Assembly (NCBI RefSeq): GCF_018350175.1
Contig: NC_058368.1
Coordinates: 5,890,001 to 5,954,000 of the forward strand
Direction of reading: 5' to 3'
DNA length: 64,000 nucleotides
Origin: Felis catus
Taxonomy: Eukaryota
The notes under the pieces are model-generated. The model searched no databases, was not told where the DNA came from, and saw only the letters and a program-made list of their open reading frames with translations. Shown one piece after another: positions 14,751-27,485 of this stretch. Position numbers and translations under genes: made by a program. How positions within the stretch are numbered: the stretch's first letter is position 1; each line of letters starts with the position of its first letter.

Positions 14751-15343
14751 TTCATGGTTATACAAAAATATCTATCCCGTAGGACAAATCCAATTCAGAA
14801 TTATCAGGCATTAAAAAAAAAGGCAGAAAAACACTACCCAAAATGAGGAAGTAAAAATTAATTAAATCCAACCTACAACCAACACACATATTAAAATTTG
14901 CAGATAAGAATGTTGAAAGAGTATAACTCTATTCTTTTCCTTTTTTGAAACAGTATTTATTCTTTATGTTCAAAAGCTTAGTAGGGAGATAGAAAATATA
15001 AAAAATTTCCAGATAGAAATTTAATAGATTAAAAACTATAAATTTTGAGATAATAAACTTACTAGACGGCAGTAATGCAGATTCAGCATTGCAGAAGAAT
15101 TAATGGCATAGATATTGCAGAAGTAATTGAAGACAAAATGATAACAAAACACCCAAACAAAACAAAATTTAACAGAGAGGAGGATGTATAAAACAAAGGT
15201 ATAGGTTCAATGAAGTTTTGGACAACTTCAAGTGATCTAACATATGTATAATTGGAAGCAACAGAAGGAGAGAAGATAGGCCAGAAAAAATATTTGAAAA
15301 TACAATAGCTGAAAATTTTCCAAATTTGATGTAAACTATAAAC

Positions 15344-15553
15344 CAAGAAACTTTTTTTGTAAAGGACAAGATGGAAAAAAGTATTTTATTCTTTGGGGGC
15401 CACAAGATCTCCATTACAATTACTCAATTCTGCTGTTGTACCTCTACGATAATCATAATGAATTTGTGAATGAACGGTCATGGCTGTTTCCCAATAAAAT
15501 TTTATGAAATCAGGCAACGGACTAGATTTGGCCTATAGCCCATAGTTTGCTGA
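15344..15553 (+). mobile_element. MER58-like hAT-Charlie MITE
   Basis: Recognisable interior (ggctgtttcccaataaaattttat...gatttggcctatagcccatagtttgctga). Candidate 8-bp TSD (c/g)tataaac at 15336-15343 and 15769-15776. Confidence 0.75.
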
Positions 15554-15757
15554 TTTTTTTTTTAACATTTATTTATTGTTGAGACAGAAAGCATGAGCGA
15601 GGGAGGGACAGAGAGAGAGGGAGACACAGAATCTGAAGCAGGTTCCAGGCTCTGAGCTGGCAGCACAAAGCCCGACACAGGGCTCGAACTCACGAACTGT
15701 GAGATCATGACCTGAGCTGAGTCAGACCCCTAACCGACTGAGCCCCCGGGGGCCCCC
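15554..15757 (-). mobile_element. Can-SINE (SINEC_Fc-like) inserted in the MITE end
   Basis: Typical body ttccaggctctgagctg...gagatcatgacctgagctga. Confidence 0.92.
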
Positions 15758-17344
15758 TCATCTTCTTAGTATAAACCTACAGATCCAAATCCTCAGTGCA
15801 CCCCAAGCACAGGAACCATGAAGAAACAAGTCACCACAATCCAATTGCTCAAATCTGGGGGGAAAAAAATCTTCAAAGCAGCCAGATGAAAAAAGACACA
15901 TGAAAGGTATAAAGTGAGGATGACAGTAATTCCACATCAAAACAATGCAAGTAAGAAGACAGTCAAAATTACTGAAAGAAATAAACTGTCAAACCTAGAA
16001 TTTTATGCCAACCAAAAATAACTTTCAAAAATGAAGGTCAAATGAAGACTTTTTGAATTCCATAAAAACTAAGAGTTCACTGCCAGCAGATTTGCTCTAC
16101 AAGGAATGTTAAAGGAAGCTCTGCAGGCAGAAGGAAATTAGAACACATATTAATGTGAATCCACACAAAGGGTAGAAGATTACTGGAAATAACAAAAGTA
16201 TGGGTAAAGATTTAAGTGTTTCTCTTACTATTTAAGTCACTTTGAAAAATAATTGTTCAAACACAAGTATTAATATGGTGTGGGGTTGTTAACATATGTA
16301 AAAGCAACATGTATGACAACATTAGTCCAAAGGTCAGAAGGAGAGAAATGGAGGTGTACTATTAAGGTTTTTATACTGTATGTGAATTAGTGTATCACTT
16401 GAAGTCATACTAAACTAACTTAACAATACATGGTATAAACCCTAAAGCAAATTCTTTAAAGAAAAGAATTATAGCTAAGAAGCCAACAAGGAGATGAAAT
16501 GGAATTCACAAAAATTAATCCAAAAGAAGTCAGAACAAGAGAAAACAAGGAAACAAATTATAATTAGGAAAAATCAAAAATGTGTAGAAAGATGGTTAAA
16601 TTTGAACCAAAACACATCAATAAACATACGAAAATGTAAATACTTTAAACACGCAGTATAGAGACATAATATCAGACTGGATAACAAAGACTACAAACTG
16701 CCCACTAGAAGACTCAAATAAATAAATAAATAAATGAATGAATGAATGAATGAATGAATAAAAATAAGAGGATGGAAAAGATATATCATAAAAACACTAA
16801 AAAAAGTTGGAGTTGTCATATTACTATCAGATAAAATAGACAAGATCAAAGAAGAAAATAGTAAAGGTAATTTCATAATGAAAAAGGGATCAATCAAGAC
16901 AATATAACAATCCTAAACATTTATACACCTAATAACAGAACTGCAAAATACATGAAGCAAACCTGATAGAACTTCAGAGGGATATAGATGAATCCATGCT
17001 TTGGGTTGGAGATTTTAGTTCCTCTCCAACTGAGTAATTAGAAAATTAATGTAGAAGAATGTAGAAGTTTGAACACTACGAAGTTGACCTCATTTAACAT
17101 TCTGTCCAAGTAAAGATGAAATATTTATCAGATAGACCATATTCTGAGCCATGAAGTAAGACTCAATACAGTGTGTGTTGGGCACTGAGGAGGGCACCTG
17201 TTGGGATGAGCACTGAGTATTGTATGGAAACCAATTTGACAATAAATATTATAAATTATATAATTATATTATAAAATCATAATACATATAATACATATTA
17301 TAAATTATATATTATAATTATATTGTAAATTATATTTAATATAT

Positions 17345-17435
17345 GGGTGCCTGGGTGGCTCAGTGGGTTAAGTGTATGACTTCCCCACTCATGCTCTGTG
17401 TCTGTCTCCCAAAATTGAATAAAAGTTAAAAAAAA
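17345..17435 (+). mobile_element. Internally deleted Can-SINE within the AT-rich tail of a short L1 3' fragment (17170-17460)
   Basis: SINE head gggtgcctgggtggctcagtgggttaag joined directly to the 3' part ccccactcatgctctgtgtctgtctccc. Confidence 0.75.
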
Positions 17436-17497
17436 TTTTTAATTGTATTTAATATAAAAAAAAGACCCATGTTTCTTCCAGGCATCTATATATTTTT

Positions 17498-19016
17498 TTA
17501 ATTGAAGCACAATTAACATAGTGTTATATTAGTTTTAAGTGTACAATATAATGACTAATAATTCTAAACACTATTCAGTGCTCATTATGATAAGTGTACT
17601 CTTGATTCTCTATTTTACCCATTCTCTTACCCACCTCTCATCTGGAAACCACCAGTTCATTCTCTGTATTTAAGAGTCTACTTTTTGACTCTTTTTTCCT
17701 TTGTTCACTTGTTTCTTAGATTCCACATATGAATAAAATCATATGGGATTTGTCTTTCTCTGACTGACTTATTTCACTTAGCATTATACCCTGTAGGTCC
17801 ATCCGTGTTGTTGCAAATGGCAAGATTTCATTCTTTTTATAGTTGAGTAATAGTCCATTGCTTATGTATACCACATCTTCTTTACCCATTTGTCTACTGA
17901 TGGACACTTGGGTTGCTTCCATATCTTGGCTATTGCAGATAATGCTGCAATAAATATATGGGTGCATAGGGATTAATATGCAAAATATATAAAGAACAAG
18001 TAAGTTTTTTTATGAGCGTAAGTTCAACTCAATACCAAGAAAACAAATAATGTGATTTAAAAATGGGCAGAGGATGGGCATGCATGCTGGTGCAGCCACT
18101 CTGGAAAACTCAAAAAACTAAAAATAGAACTACCCTACGACCCAGCAATTGATGGGATACAAGTGTGCTGTTTCGAAGGGACACATGCACCCCCATTTTA
18201 TAGAGCACTATCGACAATAGCCAAAGTATGGAAAGAGCCCAAATGTCCATCGATGGATGAATGGATAAAGATGTGGCATATGTATACAATGGAGTATTAC
18301 TCGGCAATCAAAAAGAATGAAAGCTTGCCATTTGCAACTACGTGGATGGAACTGGAGGGTATTATGCTAAGTGAAATTAGAGAAAGACAAAAATGATATG
18401 ACTTCACTCATATGAGGACTTTAAGAGACAAAACAGATGAACATAAGGGACGGGAAGCAAAAATAATATAAAAACAGGGAGGGGGACAAAACATAAGAGA
18501 CTCTTAAATAAGGAGAACAAACAGAGGGTTACTGGAGGGGTTGAGGGAGGGGGGATGGGCTAAATGGGTAAGGAATCTACTCCTGAAATCATTCTTGCAC
18601 TACATGCTAACTAATTTGGATGTAAATTAAAAAAAAAAAAAAAAATGGGCAGAGCGCCTGAATAGACATTTTCTCAAAGAAGGCATACAGATGGCTGACA
18701 CATGAAAAGATGTTCAACATCACCAGTCATCATGGAAATGCAAGTCAAAACCACAATGAGATATCAATTTATACCTGTCAAATGGCTGAATGAAAAACAC
18801 TCATGAAATAACAAGTGTTGGCGAGAATGTAGAGAAAAAGGAACCTTCATGTGCTGTATAAATGCAAATTGGTACACCCATCGTGGAAAACAGTATGACA
18901 GGTACTCAAAATATTAAAAATGTAATTGTCATGTGGTCTAATGGCACTTACTGTGGTATTTACCCAAATGGTACTTACCCAAAGAAAGCAAAAATACTAA
19001 TTTGAAAAGATACTTG
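17498..19016 (-). mobile_element. 5'-inverted (twin-primed) L1 with a nested younger L1 fragment (18073-18640, + strand)
   Basis: Minus-strand 3' end at 17498-17967 joined to a plus-strand ORF2 segment at 17968-19016. Outer TSD cagg(ca/tg)tctatatattttt; inner TSD aaaaatgggcagag. Confidence 0.85.
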
Positions 19017-19434
19017 CAGGTGTCTATATATTTTTAAAGCTTCACTAATGACTGGGATGCAGTTAGGTTTACTCTAAATCTCAACTCCGTGATCCCAGGA
19101 AGAAAGCATTCCAGAAGAATCGCTTGTCTCCTCTAAAAATAGGCCTGAGTCCCTCATTTGTATTTTCCAGGATTGCCCCAATGCACAGCATGCCTCCTGA
19201 AGCTGCTCTGTGCACAGTCTGTGGGACCACACATGGTGCCTTGCTTCTTTTTCTTTAGTTTTCCTCTGCCACATATTATTTAAATCTCAGTTCCCTAGAT
19301 AAACTAAACTACAAGGTAAATGATTGAACAAGGCTGCCTTCCTTGGTTTTTAAATTATTTTTTTTAAGCATCAGAAAAGGAAAAGAGGTACCTTTGGAGT
19401 TGAGATGAAAACCTGCATTAAATCTTCTGTTTAC

Positions 19435-19557
19435 CTTTGTGTTGAAAATTTTCCCTGCCTGAGAAATCCTATAGAGTTGTGGGCACCTAAGCAGGCTCTT
19501 CTCACTGCAACACTGTTCAAAGATTCCCAGAGTAAGAGGTGGTAATGAAGTGAAAAT
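19435..19557 (-). CDS. ATP8A2-like: P4-ATPase (ATP8A2-like) coding exon, 123 bp: [41 protein letters not shown]
   Basis: Manual translation. Acceptor ttctatgtag|ATT, donor AAG|gtaaac. Contains the FT.LPP..LGIFE and PQLY motifs. Confidence 0.94.
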
Positions 19558-19758
19558 CTACATAGAAAACAAGGATTTATTAAACAGAACTTTTAGTCTG
19601 TAACTAAATTAATAATATTGTCACAATGTCACTTTCCTGACTTTGATAATGTATTACTACTATTAAGATATCATTATGGGGGAAGCTGGTTGAAGGATAC
19701 ACAGAACTATTTTTGCATCTTCTGGTAAGTCTTAAACTATTTAAAAATAAAAATTACT

Positions 19759-19985
19759 GGGGTGCCTGGGTGGCTCAGTCGGTTGAGCGTCTGACTTCTG
19801 CTTAGGTCATGATCTCGTGGTTCCTGGGTTCAAGCCCCCCACAGGGCTTGGTGCTGACCGCTCAGGGCCTGGAGCCTGCTTCGGATTCTGTCTCCTGCTC
19901 TCTTTGCCCCTCCCCCACTTGCACTCTGTCTTTCAATGGCTCTCAAAAGTGAATAAATAATAAACAATTTTAAAAATAAATAAAA
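19759..19985 (+). mobile_element. Can-SINE (SINEC_Fc-like)
   Basis: ggggtgcctgggtggctcagtcggttgagcg head and A-rich tail. Confidence 0.93.
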
Positions 19986-20249
19986 ATAAAAATTATTTAC
20001 AAAGAAGATATTAATAGGTCACATAGATTCAAACACATTACCAAATCACGACTTAATTTTCTGATCCAACCCTTTGGTTCAGGCGGTTATAACTGTGTAA
20101 ATGTTGCTTTATGAGCATAAAATGAATACATTTTTCTTCTGCTTAATGAGGATAAGACAAATTGACTACCTAGATATTTTAATAGGCATAATACTGCCCA
20201 ATATATCTACCAATAATGACATCCGTATCCCTCATAAGAACCAGTTGTT

Positions 20250-20459
20250 TAAAAATTTTTTTAATGTTTATTTTTGAGAGAGAGCGAGTGAACATGAGCA
20301 GGGGAGGGGCAGAGAGAGAGGGAGACACAGAACCTGAAGCAGGCTCCAGGCTCCGAGCCATCAGCACAGAGCCCGACACAGGGCTTGAATCCACAAACTG
20401 TGAGATCATGACCTGAGCTGAAGTCCGACGCTTAACTGACTGAGCCACCTAGGGGCCCC
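20250..20459 (-). mobile_element. Can-SINE (SINEC_Fc-like)
   Basis: Typical body, flanked by aaccagttgttt repeats. Confidence 0.93.
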
Positions 20460-20899
20460 AACAACCAGTTGTTTTCTAAGCTAGTTCACTTGACAGGACT
20501 GGCACATAGTAATTACTCAGTAAATACTTTTGTGAATGTTAGATTAAACAAAAAATATATAAAAAAAATTCTTTATCTTGATAATAATCAGAAACAAAGA
20601 GATGTTTCCCAGTCACTTACTCTTCAAATATTTTGTTAACAATCATTATGCCAGCAACCGTATTAAATGAAAAGTACATGACCCTTAAAAAGTTCTGGAC
20701 CTTGTCAGGGAGGGAATGCTGTAACAGCAGATACAATAACATGAGAAAAATGGGGAAGTAAGGGAAAAGTTTAAGAAGGAGAAAGGGGAGAAAAGGAGAG
20801 GAGAATAGCAGGAAGACGGAAGTGCATGAACTATGTCCATTGAGAACTGAGAAGTGCTTTCAAAAAGACTCCTTGGATAAAGGACTCTTGAAGCTCACC

Positions 20900-21141
20900 A
20901 GAATTTACATGTTTCTGCTCCATTTGGTTTCAGTGCCTTTGCCAGTTTAACCAGGGATTCTTCACAAAGAGCGACAAGGCTCACTGAGCAAGTGCTTTTC
21001 ACACCTCTGGGCCTCTTATGTTTGCTGTTGTCTCATTGGCCAAATCAAGTCACATGACCAAACCCAGAGTCGGTGTGGGTGGGTACACCAAAGTTGTGGA
21101 TACACCACCTGGGGGACATTTACTGTAACAATCTAACAACA
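20900..21141. mobile_element. MLT1-type (MaLR) solo LTR fragment
   Basis: Motif cattggccaaatcaagtcacatgaccaaacccagagtc and terminal ...aatctaacaaca. Confidence 0.65.
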
Positions 21142-21169
21142 TGCGACTCATGTAGATTTTCTAGAATTT

Positions 21170-22820
21170 TGTACAAAATATTGACAGCAACTAAATAAAG
21201 CATTACTTCTTTTTCAGTTCTTTTGTTTTGTTTGGTTTTTGACTCATTGCACTGGCTAGGACCTACATATGATGTTGAATCGAAGTGGTAAGAACGTCCA
21301 TTCTTCTTGACCTTAGGGGAACAGGTTTTGCCGTTAGGTATGATGTTAGCTGTAGGTTTTTCAGAGAAGCACTTTTCTTAGTGCTTCTCAGAATGAGTGA
21401 TAAATTCTCTCAAGTGTCTTTACTGCATTTGCTGAGATGATTATATGGTTCTTCCTTTTATATCTTTTTGTTTGTTTGTTTGTTTTTAGAGACAGCAAGT
21501 GCATGTGCAGAGGTGAGGGGCATAGTGGGGGAGAGAGAGAATCTTAAGCTGGCCCTGCGCTCAGCACAGAGGTCATAACCTGAGCAGAAATCAAGAGTCT
21601 GCCACTCAACTGACTGAGCCACCCAGGTGCCCCTTCCTTTTAAATCTTATAAAAAGGTGTATTAACGCTGAATATTAAATAGTAAACCAAACTGCCTTTC
21701 TGAGATAAATCCTAATTTGTCAAAAAGTTTTTTATATTGCTGGATTTGATTTGCTAGAATTTTTTGCATCTGCAATCTTTAGGGATATGCGATTAGAATA
21801 TTCTACTCTATTTTGTCTGGTTTGATATCTGGGTAATACTGCGTCATAAATCAGTTGGGGTATTTCCTCCTCCCTTTTCTGGAAAAATTTGTCTATATTT
21901 GTTTTGTTAATACTTCTGAAGGTTTTCTTTAATATATGGGAAGGTTTTTAACTAAGAATTTAAAATTTTTTTAATAGATATGGGGCTGTTACGGTTATCT
22001 ATATCTTCTTGGGTGATATTTAGTAGTTTGTGTCTTTCAAGGAATTTGTCAATTTTATTCAAAATGTAAAATAGGTCATAAATATTCTTATATTTGCTGA
22101 TAGTCATTTGTTATCTGTAAGACCTGTAGACCCCTCTACCATTCATTCCTAATATTGGTTAATTTCTATCTTCTTTTTATAGTGTGCTTGATCAGTCTGA
22201 ATAGAGATTTATCAACCTCATTTGTCTTGTTTTAAGAACCAGTTTTTACTGCTTGTTTTTTTTTTTGTTTTTTGTTTTTTTTGTTTTTTTGCTTTACACT
22301 TATTTTAATCATGCTGTTTTCTTTTATGTTTATTTTGCTTTGTTTATTCTGGACTTCTTTGAATCTTCCTTTTCTAGTTTCTTCAGGTTGGAGCTTGATG
22401 TTAGACCCTAAATTACTGGTATAAGCATTTAAAAAATGTAAGTGTTCTCTAAGCACTGCTTTAGCTACATCTCACGTAATTTGAAAATTTTTGTTTTATT
22501 TTTTCTGTTCAAAATATCTCCTAAATATTCCTGTGATTTCTTCTGTGACCATGATGTATTTAGAAGTGTGTTCGTTAATTATCAAATATGTGGGTATTTT
22601 CCTAAGGAATTACTGTTATTCCTTTATTGTTTATTGTTACTGCTATGTAGTTTAAATCCACTGAGATCAAAAGAACATCTCCTATGTGATTTTAATCCTT
22701 TTCAATTTACTAAGACTTGCCTTATCACCCAGCATGTAGTCTATTGATGAATGTTTTATATGCAACTTGAAAAGATTGTGTATTTTGTTGTTGAGTAGAA
22801 TTTTCTATAAACGTCAAAGG
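21170..22820 (-). mobile_element. Old L1M ORF2 remnant (outermost host of the nested stack; resumes ~36340-37700); contains a Can-SINE at ~21465-21633
   Basis: Decayed antisense ORF2 sequence (gcactggctaggacctac...gttgaat; cactgctttagctacatctcac). Confidence 0.7.
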
Positions 22821-25800
22821 AAAGTTCTTTTACTGAGGTATAGTTGACTCCTAATGCTACATTAGTTATACAACATAGCAGGCAACAACTCTGTACATTA
22901 TGCTGTGCTCACTTCAAGTGTAACCACCCCTTATCACCACACAGCACTATTAGGATATCATTGACTGTATTCACTCTGCTGTACCTTTCATCCCATGACT
23001 TATTCATTCGTAACTGGAAACCTGTATCTTCCACCCACCTTTATGCATTTTGCCCATCCCCCAGCCCTCTGACAACTACCGGATTATGCTCTGTATTCAT
23101 GGATCTGTTTTGGCTTTGTTGCTGTTGTTAATTTGTTCACTTGTTCTGTTTTTAGATTCCACATGTAAGTGAAGTCATGTGGTATTTGTCTTTCTCTGAC
23201 TTATTTCACTGAGTATAATACCGGCTAGGTCCATCCGTGTTGTTACAAATGGCAAGATCACAGTCTTTTTTTTTTTTTTATGACTGAGTAATATCCTTTT
23301 GTGTGTATATACATCATCTTTATCCGTTCATCTGTGGGTGGACACTTGGGTTGCTTCCACGTCTGGGTATTGTAAATAATGCCACAACAAACATAGGGGT
23401 CCACATATCTTTCAGAATTAGTGTTTTCATTTCTTTGGGTGAATAACTAGTAGTGAAATGACTAGATCCTGTGATATTTTTATTTTTAATTTCTTGGGGA
23501 AACTCTATACTTTTTTCCACAATGCTTGCACCGATTTAAATTCCTAATGGGGATTTCCCTATTGGTTCCCTTTTCTCCACATCCTTGCCAACACTTGTTA
23601 TTTCCTGTCTTTTTGTTATTAGCCATTCTGATATGTGTGAGGTGATATCTCATTGTGGTTTTGATCTGCGTTTTCCTGATAATCACTAATGTTAAACATC
23701 TTTTAATGTTGTCTGTTGGCCATCTGCGTGTCTTCTTTGGAAAAAGGTCTTTTCAGGTCCTCTGCCCATTTTTTAATCAGATTTTTTTTATGTCGAGTTG
23801 TATAAATTCTTTACATATTCTGTATATTCCTTATTGCAATGTCTTGCATATATGTTCTAGGTTACCTTTTTGTTTTATTAATGGTTTCTTTTGCTCTACA
23901 TTTTATTTTGGTAGAGTCACAATAGCTTATTTTTCTTTTGTTTCCCTTGCCTGGAGAGGTATATCCTTAAATATGTTGCTAAGGATGATGTCCAAGAAAT
24001 TATTGCCTATGCTTTCTTTTAGGAACTTTATGGTTTCAGTTCTCACTTTTAGATCTTTAATCCACTTTGAGTTTTTGTGTATGGTGTTAAGAAAGTGGTC
24101 TAGTTTCATTCTTTTGCATGTAGCTGTCTTGAAAAGACTGTCTTTCTTCATTCTTGCCTCCTTTGTTGTAGATTAATTGGCCGTTTAAATGTGGATTTAT
24201 TTCTGGGCTTTCTATCCTGTCCCATTGACCTACGTATCTGTGTACGTGCTGGTGCCATACTGTCTTGATTACTATAGCTTTTAGTATATCTTGAAATCTG
24301 GAATTTTTATGCCTCCAGCTTTGCTGTTCTTTCTCAATATTGCTTTGGCTGTTCAAGGTCTCTTGTGGGTCCATACAAATTTTAGGATTGTTTGTTCTAG
24401 TTCTGTGAAAAATGCTATTGGTATTGATGGGGACTGCCTTGAATCCATAGATTGCTTTGGGTAGTCTGACATTCTAATGGTATGAATTCTTCCCAATCTA
24501 TGAGCATAGTATAATTTCTTCGTGCCATCTTCAGTTTCTTTCATCAGTGACTCACAGTTTTCAGAGTATGGTTCTTTCATCTCATTAGCTATCTTTATTC
24601 TTAGATATTTTATTCCTTTTGGTACAGTGTAAAATGGGATTATTTCCTTAATTTCTCTTTCTGCTACTTTATTATTTGTGTATAAAAACATATTTCTGTA
24701 GATTAATTTTGTATCCTACAACTCTATTGAATTCATTTATTCTAAAAGTTTTTTTGGTGGCAGCTTTAGAGTTTTTACGTATAGTGTTGTCATCTGTAAA
24801 TAGTAACAGCTTTTCTTTCCATTTTCAATTTCTTATGCCTTTTATTTCTTTTTCTTATCTGATTATGTGGCTAGGACTTCCAGTACTATGTTGAATAAAA
24901 GTGGTTAGAGTGAACATCATCGTCATGTTGCTCGTCTTAGAGGAAAAGCTGTTTTTCACCACTGAGTATGACATATCAGGTGTGGGTGTGTCATACGTGG
25001 CCTTTGTTATGTTGATGTATGTTCCCTCTAAACACACTTGAGAATTTTTATCATGAATGATGTTGAATTTTGTTAAAAATTTTTTCTGTATCTATTGAGA
25101 TGGTCATATAATTTTATCCTTCGTTTCGTTAATATGGTGTATGACATTGATTGATTTGCAAATATTGAAACATCCTTACATCCCTGGAATTAATCCCACT
25201 CAGTCATGGTGAGTAACTGTTTTAATGTATTGTTTAACATGGTTTGCTAATGTTTTATTAAATATTTTCATCTATGTTTATCAGGTATATTGGTTTGTAG
25301 AGTTCTTTTTATACAGTGTCTTTGTCTGTTTTTGGTATCCAGGTAATGCTGGCTCATAGAATGCATTTGGGAGCTTTCCTTCCTCTTGTTGGGATGGTTG
25401 GAGGAGAAAATTGTTTGGTAGAGTCTTTAAATGTTTGGTAGAGTTCACCTGTGAATCCATCTAGTCCTAGATTTATTCGTTAGGAATTTTTGATTACTGA
25501 TTCAATTTTGTTACTAGTACTGTGTTCAGAATTTCTGTTTGTTCTTAATTCAGTTTTGAGAAGTTATATATTTCTAGGAATTTATCCATTTCTTGTAGGT
25601 GGCCCAATTTGTTGGCATATAATTTCTCATAGTAGTCTCTTATAATCCTTTATATTTCTGTGGTGTTTATTACTTCTAATTTCTGATTTTATTCATTGGA
25701 GTCCTCTTTTTTCTTGATGATTCTGGCTAAAGGTTTATCAAATTTGTTTATTTTTTCAAAGAACTAACTCTTGGTTTCCATGATCTTTTTTATGTATATG

Positions 25801-26049
25801 TATGTATGTATATATATTTATTCTCTGTTTCATTTATTTTTTTTCTGTTCTTTATTATTTCTTTCCTTCTACTGACTTTGGATTTTGTTCTTTTTCTGGG
25901 TCCATGACATATAAGCTTAGATTGTTTATTAGAGATTTTTCTTATTTCTTGAGGTAGGTGTGTATGGTTAGAAATTTCCCTCTTTAGATCTTCTTCGATG
26001 CATCCCAAAGATTTTGGACTATTGTGTTTTCATTTTCATTTGCTCCGTG

Positions 26050-26264
26050 TATTTTTTTTAAATGTTTTAATGTTTATTCACTTTTGAGAGAAACAGAGCA
26101 CAAGCAGGGGAGGGGCAGAGAGAGAGGGAGACACAGAATATGAAGCAGACTCCAGGCTCCGAGCTGTGAGCACAGAGCCCAGTTGGGGCTCGAAATCACA
26201 AACTGCGAGATCATGACCTGAGCCAAAGTTGGATGCTTAACCAACTGAGCCACCCCGGGCATCC
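26050..26264 (-). mobile_element. Can-SINE (SINEC_Fc-like)
   Basis: Typical body and tail. Confidence 0.92.
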
Positions 26265-26856
26265 CATGCCTCCATGTATTTTTTAATTTTCCATTTGATT
26301 TATTTCTTGACCTATTGGTTATTTAGTAGCATGTTGTTTAAAATCTATGGTTTGTGCTTTTTCCAAAGAGTTTTTTTCTTATAATTGATTTCTAGTGTCA
26401 TACTATTATGGTTGGAAAAGATATTTGATATGATTTTAATCTTACTAAATTATTGAGACTTGTTTTGTGGTTTAATATATGATCTACCTAGGAAAATGTT
26501 CCATGTGCGCTTGAAAAGAATGTGTATTCTGTTGTTTTTGGATGGAATGTTCTGTATGTATCTGTTGAGTCTATCTAGTCAAATGTGTCATTAAAGACCC
26601 TGTTTCTTATTGATTTTCTGCCTGAATGATCTATCTATTGAGGTAAATGTGGTGTTAAAGTACCTACTATTATTGTGTTGCTGTTAGTTTCTCACTTTAT
26701 GTATGTTAATATTTGCTTTATGTATTTAGGTGCTCCAATGTTGGGTGCACAGATATTTATAATGGTTATATCTTCTTCTTGGATTGATTCCTTTATCATT
26801 ATGCAATGCCCCTCTCTGTCTATTGTTACAGTCTTTATTTTAAAGTTTATTTAATC

Positions 26857-27070
26857 TGGGGCACCTGGGTGGCTCAGTCGGTTGAGCATCTGACTTCGGC
26901 TCAGGTCATGATCTCACGGTTCGTGGGTTCAGGTCCCACGTCAGGCTCTGTGCTGACAGCTCAGAGCCTGGAGCCTGCTTTGGATTCTGTGACTCCCTCT
27001 CTCTCTGCCCCTCCCCTGCTCACGCTCTGTCACTCTCTCTCTTTCAAAAATAAATAAACATTTTTAAAAA
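26857..27070 (+). mobile_element. Can-SINE (SINEC_Fc-like)
   Basis: ggggcacctgggtggctcagtcggttgagc head. Confidence 0.93.
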
Positions 27071-27485
27071 AGACTTTAAAGCTCATTTAATCTAATATAA
27101 GTATTATGGCTTTTTTCCCCCCATACCATTTGCATGGTATGTTTTTCCATCTCTTCACTTTCAGTCTGTATGTGTTTAAGTCTGAACTTTCTTACAGGCA
27201 GCATATAGATGGGTCTTTTGTTTTGTTTTTATCAATTCCATTATCCCTTGTCTGTCTATTTATTTATTTTGAATATGAAATTTATTGTCAAATTGGTTTC
27301 CATATAAAACCTAGTACTCATCCCAATAGGTGCCCCCCTCAATGCGCATCACCCACTGTCCCCTCCCTCCTACCCCCCATCAACCCTCAGTGTATTCTCA
27401 GTTTTTTAAGAGTCTCTTATGCTTTGGCTCCCTCCATCTCTTTTTTTTCCCCCATCCCCTTCCCCATGGTCTTCTGTTAAGTTTC

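Larger units (their letters stand above)
13200..17170 (+). mobile_element. Old L1M 5' half (5' region, ORF1, start of ORF2 endonuclease) with nested insertions
   Basis: ORF1-like (gaaaattttccaaatttgat, caaacctagaattttatgcc) and EN-like (ttactatcagataaaataga, ttatacacctaataacaga) remnants. Confidence 0.7.
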
